Of a DNA stretch of 64,000 bases, positions 54,131-64,000 are shown in pieces. Every line of letters begins with the position of its first letter. The first letter of the stretch is position 1. The stretch is from Tubulanus polymorphus (taxonomy: Eukaryota; Animalia; Nemertea). The position numbers were made by a program, and so were the translations under genes. The stretch lies in assembly GCF_964204645.1 (NCBI RefSeq), contig NC_134036.1:5052600-5116599 (forward strand). Reading direction: 5' to 3'. The notes under the pieces are model-generated. The model searched no databases. It was not told where the DNA came from and worked only from the letters and a program-made list of their open reading frames with translations.

Positions 54131-55719
54131 AGGGTAACTGACACTCTTTTTAAATTTTGAAATTTAATGTATTCTATTGATCTATAGATTTTCAACCGTT
54201 CCGTTCAAAAATGTTTTAGTTTACGCGCAATTTGTGATTCTGTAACATGATTTTTGACCTCATTTCGTTGTTTACATCGCTTACAGCAGGTGCGCGCTGC
54301 AACGTCATTAAAGGGACATCTGAGAAATAGCGTCCATAGAAATGCGTTGAATTTTGGGGAAACTGCGTGTATTTTCTGTTATATCTCAATGCTAGTTTGT
54401 TTTACAGCTTTGAAACTGGCCAGGGAGGTAAAATGATCTATTGTCTACCGCATAAACCTATGAGCAATGAGTAATTTGAATGAGTAATTTGAATAGGCTA
54501 TATCGATCAAAATGAAGATGCAGATTTCAATCCGCTGCTATGAAGCTATTAAAGTATACTATGCTAAGCTCTCAGCACTGTTACTGCTGCTCCATAGTTC
54601 ACCTATAGTTCAGCATCACAAGCATGCTATACAACAGTGTCTTATAAGCACTCACAGATGTCCATCTCAATAAAGAATAAATAAATTCATATCCATTTAC
54701 TATTTTTCATAGTCATTTAAGACTGATTGCATTTTGTGTGTTAAGGGTTGACTGTGAGCATATTATTTTCTTTATTGCATTTCTCTTTTTTTTCTTTTCT
54801 CTTTTGAGGGACCTGTTTTATACAAACTATTCCTTAGTTTCTACAGGCCCCTCCAGGTCTAATTTACTGTATTTTGTATTATGCTTTGTACACTATGCTG
54901 TAAATTATATTTGAAAAATAAAGTGTTCAAATCAAATCAAATCAAGACTAAGTAGGTAGTTTGAAAACTGACACTTCAAAACTCAACAAAAACTTTCAAT
55001 AAATTTCTACAGCCTTTAAAACAAATATTCAAAGAGATAATGTTTTTCGATTCAAGTTTCACGCTGCGGAAGAGTTTTGATAGATTACATCACAAATCGT
55101 TCACAAACATTATTTGTAAGTTTTTAGATAGGATCGATGAGGAAATAATTTCGTGACCAAAGCCGCTACCAATTATACGAGGTGTATTTCAAGCGAAGAA
55201 TTGAAATTATTCCTGCGGCTAATTTTGTCTAAAATTCATCAGTTCATTAGTCAAAATATCCTTGGTATTAGATCTAACCATGATCTTCAAACACGAAATG
55301 ATTTATACATCCGTGTTCCTTGCTGTCTACTAGAAAATACCATGGATTGCTATTCAAATCCTATTTCTTGCGCTTACTTAGTTTGAACGGATGTGGTCCG
55401 TCCAAATTTCTTTTAATTTTTAATGTCAAGTAGGTATAGAAATTATGTTGAATTGCTCGTGTGGCTTATTCCCTATTCATCTCTATAGACAACATTTCCG
55501 AGCCAGCCATCTCTTTAGTGACATAGTTCTACTAATAGACACTGTACCACTCGTTCGGCAGAAGCAATGTATACACTGAACAGGTGCGCGAACATCAAAA
55601 TCATCAATTCTGACTAGTTTGAATAGATTTTTCCCTATTTTGAAATCACCAAGCCTTATTGTACGCTGTTATTTAGTGTAAAAAGTAGAAAATCTCTAAA
55701 AAAAAGTGTCAGTTACCCT
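54131..55719. mobile_element. Kolobok-type non-autonomous DNA element (~1.59 kb)
   Basis: TIRs AGGGTAACTGACACT / AGTGTCAGTTACCCT, TTAA TSD on both sides, purine-purine 5' terminus; contains nested retroposon tails. Confidence 0.8.
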
Positions 55720-56349
55720 TTAACTCAGGGAGACATTCTGTACTATTTATTCTTAGAGCATCAATTCAGCTTCATCCCAAGCGGTCGCTGATACCGACCA
55801 ATATTTTTCACGAAGTTTCCACGTCCACCGCGCCTGAAACCGCGTTTCGACCATAGTCCGTGCCAGCTCGAATGGTCGATTTTCTCGTTCCATTTTATCG
55901 ACATTTCGGTGACGAGCGAATATGCCGAACTCCGTTGCATGTTCTGCAATTAACACGATGCATGCCGTATTGTTCGTAACAATGCTGCGTCTTCGCCATT
56001 CGTTGTGCTAATGATAAATCGTTGGGAAGAATGATTTTACTGAAATTTGCATATAGATATTTTCCATGGCGAGTGCTTTTTCTGCGAAGAAAATAAATGC
56101 TCGTCGATAATCGACATGAATTGGTCGCACGGTTCATCGGCGCCGTCTCCGATGAATAATAATGGTGCAACCTGAGCGAGCCTTAGTCGCATTTGTATAA
56201 GTCGTCAACATTTTAATGAAGCTTTTTTCTCTTATTTTCTTCCGTTTTATATTTTTGATCACTGAAGTCGCCACCATTTGTATTTTTAGTTCCATTTACT
56301 AAGTATAAGTTATCATTTGCTCAAGTCGTGATTTGAACCTTCTACGAAC

Positions 56350-56415
56350 CTTCTTGGCTTCACCGATGTGAACTAAAACGATCGATACGATAAGTAACTT
56401 GTAGTAGATCATCAT
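56350..56415 (-). CDS. Candidate signal-peptide exon of the Ig-domain gene
   Basis: Acceptor CTTATTTCAG| at 56428, then MMIYYKLLIVSIVLVHIGEA-KK; donor position uncertain (AAG|GTTCGT or phase-1 G|GTGAAG). Confidence 0.5.
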
Positions 56416-56640
56416 TGTTGGTAAAACCTGAAATAAGATAGAGCCAATTTATCAAACATAAACCATTCAAAGAGCATATATTTTGGCGAATCTGTCCAAA
56501 AAGGTATGTTCGGGAATACTGATATCGTCCGCGTTATAATCATTGACGAAACACTCCGTGTCCGGGTTGTAAAAACAATATAAAATCTACGGACACCAAG
56601 AATAAAAAGAGTGGACTGTTTCCTTGAGCTAGCGTTGTTT

Positions 56641-56682
56641 ATTCAACGTTTCGACAATATCCTAATAGGTATCCTCAGGAAT
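56641..56682 (-). ncRNA. Minimal hammerhead motif (family B) in a ~160-bp tandem unit
   Basis: Minus strand ATTC-CTGAGGA-T-ACCTAT-TAGGAT-ATTGTC-GAAA-CGTT-GAAT; core and helix I intact, helix II mismatched. Confidence 0.68.
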
Positions 56683-59080
56683 GTTGTCCTCATTATAACC
56701 ATCGATGAAACACTCCGAGTCCGTGTTGTAAAGACAAAATAAAATCTATGCACACTGACAATAGAACGTTTTGTGAAATGTTTTTGTGAGCTAGAAGTTG
56801 ATATCAACGTTGGGACTATATTTTGACTATTCGACAATTCCCAGTGTATGGGCGACAAAAGTAGAACATGGGCAACGGGCTGGAACTGGAGATAGATTGA
56901 CGCTAAGCTAGCTCAAATCTACACGTTCGAGCAACTGATTGTATCCAGCCAGTTATTAACCTCGAAAGGAATTACCAGCGAAAAGTTTCAGTTTCAGTTT
57001 CAAAGTTTTTTCGCGGATCTTTGAGAAAATAAGCTTAGAAAAAAAGAATAACTTTTAATATCAGGACAGTATTGAATCCTAAATTACATGTCAGCACATG
57101 TGGTGACATGTATAATTTGTAACACGTTTAATCGCAATTGATACGTTTAGATACATTGATCCAGACTGCCCAGCGAGGCGGGACTTGTTCCTTTTCCCAA
57201 ACTGGAACTTCCGATTATCTCGACAGTCCATGGACCTCGTGTCTTTTAAACTTGCTTTCATGATGCGAACATCTACGTAAGTTATTTTGATTCCCGCGGC
57301 CCCGATACATAATCGAAGACACAAATGTCCGAGAAGGTGCGAAAGTGCAATAACACTCACCCTGATTAACAATTAGGGATTGCGATTGAGCATTCTCAAG
57401 AAGTTTGCATGTCGCGATTTTATTTCCCACAAAGGATTTGCGCACGCGCAGCAATGAATGATATAGCAATGAGAACAACCGCAATTATACTATATCCACA
57501 CAGTGTCGCCCCTTGTGTCGTTTAGCCGACATTACATAATTTGACGTTACACTTAGACATTTTGACGGTGAACTTTTGCAGATTTTTAAGGTAATTTTCG
57601 CCGATACCAGTGCTATATCTCTCTTGCGCTGTGTTATCGCAATGGGTCGAAAAAATATAAAAGCATTATTCTTTATGTAATTGTTCATAATGAACGTAAA
57701 TGCACGCGTGTCTGGCTGGTTGGCAAATTATTCATGCCAATTTCCGTTGTAAATTGCGTAATTATTGCCCGATGTTATCAGAAATTGGTTGACGTGCAAT
57801 GATCGACACGAAAACAAGCCCCCAATTCAACCCAATTGCGCATGGTTCGGAAAATAGCGTTTCATTTTTGATATTGCAAATAACAATGGTGCTGGTTGGA
57901 ACAATGAAGTTTGCACAATCGGTAATAATAATAATAGTTTACTTGTGCAATTAATGATAACGTATAGTGGCTGTGGGCGTGTATATCGGAAAAAACTGAT
58001 TTTATCCAGATCGTTCATTCATTAGATTAAGTTTATCGCATACGTCATGTATTTGATATCAGTTGTTGAAATTATATTGATCCGCAGCTAAATTCTATTC
58101 TCAAAAAGATGAAACGATCTAATACGTATATGCAGTTGTCTCGGTACGTTTTGGTAAATACATCGTTTTTGTTGTGTATCGTAAACAACTGCCCGCCTTA
58201 ATGGTTGTTCGTCTCGAACGTTTATCTATACTTGTATCAGGCGAGGTGTCTAAATTTTTGACGGCAATTACGGTGCTACGTGTAGTTATGAGAGGAATTC
58301 GCAACTGGTAATGAGACATTATAAAATAAACCTATGAAACACGCCGACCCTTAATCTACCAATAAATCGATCATTAAGAGTAATTCGTATTATTGTATTT
58401 ACCAGAAGTGGACGTTTTTGTGTGTTTCAATTTACATATGTACTTATTATGGAAAAATAACGTAAGCGAGAAAGATGATATTTCGGCTAATATCATCTAT
58501 TACTGTTTAGACAAAATTGAATATTGCTCGTTATGGGAATTGTGGTTATTGTATAAGTTTTAAAATGAACGAATTTGAGGGTTGGAATAGCAACAAATTC
58601 GAGGGTTGGAATGGCAGTATGTAATTGTATCGGTGCGGTTGAGAGGCCACAGGCACTTAGATATGGTCTTTGTGACCGTGTTAGTAAGTAAAAATTGGGG
58701 GTTTGATGCCAGAAGGATGAAGTTTGAGGCTAGGTAGGTTTTTGGGTAATATACTAGAAAATCTTTTTCTATATAAATGGGGGTTTCATACGAGAAGTAT
58801 GAAATATGAGACTAGTTTGGTTTTTGGGCAAAAATGTTGGGTATTTTTTTTCTATATTAATGATGAATGATAATACACTTGAAAATCGTGATAGATTCTG
58901 CCATTTTCTCCGAATTTCTTAAAACTTCGATTTGAAATTTGCAATTCCACATAAGTTTATGCCAAAAATTCAACATTTTTTCGCAGGCGTCAAATGATTT
59001 ATTACAATTAATTTTCTTGTTATACTAAGGAAAGAGATAAAAATATTAAGTGTAAACAATGTACAGATGAAATATTTGAT

Positions 59081-59305
59081 ATGAAAAGATGTATAGGTTG
59101 TGGTGAATTAACAAAATATTCGAAATTTCATAAAAGAAAAGGGTCGTTTAAGGATGGTTTAGTTTATAAATGTAAAAGATGTGTTCGTGAATTGCAAAAA
59201 GATTGTAGAGAAAGGGTAAAAGAATATAAAGAATATCTTAAGTGTTTAGATGAGGAAAAAATGATTATGAATATTGTGATCAATGTAAGCAGTCATCACC
59301 TTTAG
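59081..59305 (+). CDS. Small CxxC-CxxC zinc-finger ORF of viral/phage type
   Basis: KRCIGCGELTKYSKFHKRKGSFKDGLVYKCKRC resembles the zinc finger seen N-terminal to endonuclease VII/HNH proteins and in large DNA virus ORFs (recognised from memory, not searched). Confidence 0.55.
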   Translation: MKRCIGCGELTKYSKFHKRKGSFKDGLVYKCKRCVRELQKDCRERVKEYKEYLKCLDEEKMIMNIVINVSSHHL

Positions 59306-59485
59306 TTTGTTTTAAAATTCAATATAAAATATCAAGAATTTGTGAATGTTGTATTGAATTTAATAAATCTAATTCGATTTAAAGAATATTTAGGTAGACA
59401 TGCATGAGGTTAGGTAGGTAAAATATATCAAGTAGAAATGAGGTTGGGTAGGTCAAAAAACCTTTGGTAAATTCCTTTTATATAA

Positions 59486-59830
59486 ATGCAGAGAAATCAA
59501 ACCAATGGAAATAGCAATGAAATATCCTCAATGAAATTGAATGAATTAAATGCAAGATTCGCGCCCAAAAAAATAAGAATTTAAATTTGAAAAATTAAAT
59601 GAATTATCAGTAGATGATGAATATCATATTGATAAACAAGAAAAAATTGATACTACATACATCATGAAGGATTAAATAGCAAGCATAAATGTAGAACTAT
59701 ATTAGCTGAAAGATAGATGCAATTAACAGATGAAGAATTAGTTGAGTTAAGTAATAATAATGTTTATTCGAAATATAATGGAAAAGATGAAGATGGTTGC
59801 CATTTAATAGAATTTATTGAACCTGAATGA
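59486..59830 (+). pseudogene. Disrupted small ORF of the AT-rich segment
   Basis: MQRNQ..KLNELNARF..*FEKLNELSVDDEYHIDKQEKIDTTY..MQLTDEELVELSNNNVYSKYNGKDEDGCHLIEF* with stops and a frameshift. Confidence 0.45.
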
Positions 59831-60075
59831 TAACATGTAACCGAAATAGATTAGATATCAAGTAACCGAAATGAATTAAATATAAAAGTAGTGAGATATT
59901 GATTTAAAATTAATTTTGTAAATATTGTTTTCGAGTTTAGCTCTTTTTGATGAAGAAGTGAAGTATCATTCAGATTTAATTGTAAAAAATCTTTAAAATA
60001 AATGCAAGATAAATTAAAAGTATATAGAATATATGTTGATTCTAGAAAACTTACAAATTGTTGTTGTATCTCCTG

Positions 60076-60119
60076 TATTCCTGAAGATGACTGTTAGGAT
60101 ATAGTCGAAACGTTGAATA
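60076..60119 (+). ncRNA. Minimal type-I hammerhead ribozyme (family B, best-preserved copy)
   Basis: TATTC-CTGAAGA-T-GACTGT-TAGGAT-ATAGTC-GAAA-CGTT-GAATA: 5-bp helix I, 6-bp helix II, intact core. Confidence 0.87.
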
Positions 60120-61930
60120 AACTACTACCTCAAAGTAACATTTTCGGGTTCTCTCTACATCGCGTCGACACGGATATAGTGTCTCTTTAGTTTTAGACAA
60201 CTCCGATGGTACACTAAACGCGGCGCCACTAGTGCTTGTAACTCATTCATTCATCCGAGCAATACAAAATTTCCCACGCCCCAGCCCACGAAAATGAGGG
60301 CATTAATCAAAGATCCGCCACCATAGCTCTCTGCTCGCCCACCCATTGATTATTCATGAGAAATTTCAGTATTCAACTCGCAGCAGTTATCGCGGAGATG
60401 TTCAAGAGGTTACTCTCACGTTCTGAGTCATTTTGATAAGTCTAAGCTATGCTATCCGGGAAGTGTAAAATATTTCTAAGTAAAAATCTTACATATAATG
60501 AATTAAATTATTTGAAATCAGGTGATGTTATAAAAACCTTCAAACTTCATGAAGTCGCAAGAATAGCAAGGATTAATGATGCTTTATCTGAAACAATAAT
60601 TAATGGTTCTTCAAAATTGTGCAACCATTTTTTACCAATAAACGAAGAAAATAAATTAAATGATGAATTAAAAAATTATTATTTCGTTATAAACGAATTA
60701 AATAATTGGGTTGGCTATTCATCATTTAAATTAGGAGGTTTTATGTTACTTTTTTCAACGGGCATAATTACATTTTCGAATAAAAAAAACTAACAAAGTA
60801 GTAGTGATGAAACAAAGGGAATTTCTCAACAAATAAGTGGAGAATGAGAAAAGTGTTAGCCTAGCTCCTGGTGAAAAAAAACAAGATCTAATAAACAACT
60901 TACTTGGGCTAAAGAAATAGGAAGAAGATCTACTGAATTTTAAAAGAAATTAAAAAGAAAAAATTAAATGAACGTGCCAATGATATCAATGTTAATAGAA
61001 ATTTTAATGAATACTTTTATCTAACAACTGTTATATTAATATTTGGGTGTTTTTCTTGTTATTGCGTCGGTATTCCAACACGCTTCACGGGCTATCGGTT
61101 TTCGCGCCTTTTTAGTGGGCGTTTACTGTACGTTTTGGACTTGCGTGTTTACATTCTTGGTCATGGCACACACGCACGCTGTAAGCAATACATGCCGATT
61201 TTGTATACATAGTGTAAATAAAGTTCCGTTAATCAAACACCAGCCATTCGTCTATATTTCAGGAGAAGTAAATGGTATCTCGAAAAATGTCATCTTCAGA
61301 AGAGAAACTCCAGTTTGAAGGGAAACAGAACGGGAATCAGACGACCAGTAACAAGGTATGTCAACGAACTCGATCGTTTAGTGCCTGCCCATTCCGATGA
61401 TACCAGTTTGCTGGAGGAGATTACATCGAAATTAGAATCGAAATTCCATGCCTTATCGTGTAACCAACAAAAAGAGTTTGTCGGTGTTATTATTTTTTTG
61501 AGCCTTTCTATCATAATCATATATTTCAATGTTTAAATTGTATATTTTTCGTAGATATTGATTGAAATTGATGATTTGGGGAAAAATGCTGGATTCGGGC
61601 ATCAATGGCGGCCATCTTGGATTTATGCAAATTAGGGTCAAAAGACAGGTGCACCTGTGTGTGTCGACATCTTAAATGAATTATGTGGATGTTATCTATT
61701 TGTGTGCAAAAAGGGGACATTTGTACTCCATTTTGCAGCTTCAGGTCATTTTTTAGACTTAGCAAGCCCACTATATAGACCCCAGCGAGTTAGAACCGTG
61801 CAGGGCGGATCATGAAACCTACGAAAAATCCGCAGATGAAGCGTTGTGGAGAGCACGGGCGCTAATACGCGAAATAAAACAGGGAAATATACCCTACCGT
61901 TGCGTCCCAACTAGTAGTTTCAGTTCGACG

Positions 61931-62850
61931 GTAAAGTTGCCGAAACTTACGTAACCGAAATTCAATGGCGATCCGTTACAATGGAGGAATTTCTGGGATT
62001 CGTTTGATGTCAGTTGTTAATAAATTCGCGTATTTGAAATCGTGTTTATCGTAAACGTGTTGCCGTGTATTTCTGGGTTGTCCGCATGCATCAGGAGATA
62101 GTTACAACCACGCCGTAGAGTCGTTCGATTTGGAAATCCGCAAAAGCTCGTAAAAATTCATACGAAAGCGCTCCTTAACATTAGGAACCGGTTATCATCT
62201 GTATCGGAATTACGTTCATTTTACGACAATATCAACATCAACGTTCGTTCGCTCGAAAGCCTATTTGAGTGTAAGGAAGCGTATTAAGCCGTCTAGAAGT
62301 ATGAGAACCCAATATTTTTTTGAAAAAGTTTTTTTTCGAAATTAATTTCGCAAAATCTGAGGGCTTGAAATTTATTAAAGTCGCATGGAAAGAGTAAAGG
62401 AAACAACCAGATTCGTACGTTGATTTGTTAGTGCCGATTCTCCTCGAAAAGTTGCCGTTATCTACCGTCCAAAATATATCGCGTGTTCGACAATGCGTCG
62501 ATTGGACATTGGTTGATCTTCTAGCATGTCTAAAAAATGAAATTGATGCCTTAGAATTATGTAGCTGAGATTATTTCATTTTAGGAGCGAAACAAAGTTC
62601 TTTTGTAGCTACTGGCACAATTACTGGTAAATCTAGGCATTATTCATTTTCCAATAGGAAATGTGTTTACTGCACAGGTCACTCTTCAAACAATTGTATG
62701 AAATATAGTTCAATTCTGGCTAGAAAACGTATGATCAAAGATCAAGGATTGTGTTTTAATTGTTTGCGAAATGATCACGATATCAAAAATTGCATATCTG
62801 ATTCCGGGTGCAAAAAGCGTGACTAACACCACACTAGTAATATGTGAAGG
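61931..62850 (+). mobile_element. Decayed BEL/Pao LTR retrotransposon gag
   Basis: VKLPKLT*PKFNGDPLQWRNFWDSF, NKFAYLKSCL, LRSFYDNININVRSLESL, LLVPILLEKLP and zinc knuckles CVYC..H..C and CFNCL..H....C; stops, frameshifts and a ~135-bp insertion near 62263-62398. Confidence 0.9.
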
Positions 62851-63344
62851 GTTTGAAGTAAAAAGATCGGGTCTTGTAAATTGGCCAGATTCAGGTTTAT
62901 ATCACTTCATTCCAGAATTCTGACGATAGCTCAGTCTTATTGATCGAACGCGAACACGACACAAATAAAGTTAAGCGAACTGATTCAAAAAACATTTCTA
63001 GAAGTGTAGTCAACACACAGTTAATGCTTCAATTCGATTCTATCAAAGACCGCATTTCGGGTTGTATTTACTCGCATGATTCCGGAGTTCTTTTTGAGAC
63101 GACGGTTCACAGCGTAGACTATCTTTAAAGCAAATAATTTCTTGCTCGGATGCCACGCACCTGGCGCAACACTGCCGGCTGTCTTCGTACGTCGTCCAGC
63201 ATCAAATCTCGTATCTATTCAAGAAACAAACCTTGGATAACTATATATTAACTATATAGAGAAACTTCGTTAGAAATAACAGCAATTCATTATTACAACT
63301 TTATTATCACTTCATTATTATAGTATTCATTATTATACAATAGT

Positions 63345-63353
63345 ACAATTATA

Positions 63354-63405
<52 letters not shown>

Positions 63406-63420
63406 TTATTATTATTATTG
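63345..63420. repeat. (ATT)n microsatellite
   Basis: Directly visible. Confidence 0.92.
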
Positions 63421-64000
63421 TTAGCATTATTACTATTAATAGCATTATTTACATAAGTATCACTGCACATTCCCCTTCACTCTGCACAAGGTTCCAGCGC
63501 CTTAATTTTAAGTACAGCCTGTTGGCTGGCACTGGATACCTCGTAACCGTACTATGTTATTTGTTAAAAGTATTAACTGTTCTTGCGATTATATGTATCA
63601 TGGTTTACGAAAATAAATTATCATTATTATAGTTACAGGGCATCTCCCCTTATGGTAGAACCCCCGCTCGGAGATGTCCGTTTCTCGAATTGTATTTATG
63701 TGTGTACATAGATTATCTATAATTAGAGAGAATAAAGCATTCATTCATTCATTCATTCATTCAAAAAAGAAGTTGAAAATATATAAAAATGATCGAATAC
63801 TGAATTATGAGATTATTGTGTCTGTACGATTGCTCCCGGCTGATGTAGACCTTAATTACGCGAAGCGATGCTTAGTAAATTGTTGCAAATTTTTGTAAAA
63901 ATTACAAGTAATCAACATAGAATTAGTAATCGACAGTTGTATATAAAGTGAATACAGTGTGCTGTTTGAGGCAGTGAGTACAGTATTTCACACAACAGCG

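Larger units (their letters stand above)
58700..61040 (+). mobile_element. AT-rich, intronless, decayed multi-ORF segment: possible Polinton/Maverick or DNA-virus relic
   Basis: Abrupt AT enrichment; short co-oriented intronless ORFs/pseudo-ORFs; CxxC..F.K..DGL..CKxC ORF; YVDSR motif at 60002. Confidence 0.45.

Noticed and set aside
55753-56170. Coding-looking minus-strand segment between the Ig exons
   Set aside because: Stops in all frames and no consistent acceptor/donor pair; could be a decayed exon but is not supportable.

Overview
Eukaryotic, repeat-rich, CpG-rich invertebrate-type genomic DNA; the species cannot be assigned from sequence alone. Almost all entries in the ORF track are artefacts of micro/minisatellites. 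Supportable host coding sequence is sparse: (i) two spliced minus-strand exons of a divergent, probably secreted Ig-domain protein (53808-53228, 51467-51156) with a candidate signal-peptide exon at 56415; (ii) a minus-strand signal-peptide first exon (41510-41471) whose first intron may cover most of the left 41 kb, with further candidate phase-1 first exons; (iii) an isolated astacin-like exon. Mobile DNA includes a 5'-truncated LINE, a decayed BEL/Pao gag, MITEs of MULE, piggyBac, Harbinger and Kolobok type, several dispersed minisatellite families and an AT-rich virus/Polinton-like relic. The most notable hidden signal is at least seven minimal type-I hammerhead ribozyme motifs (CTGANGA-stem-GAAACGT(C/T)) of about three families, typical of Penelope-like element/retrozyme termini. 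They occur in palindromic, nested and tandem arrangements, and every minus-strand copy (sense to the candidate host transcripts) is damaged while the best-preserved copies are on the plus strand. All calls were made by eye; no searches were run.
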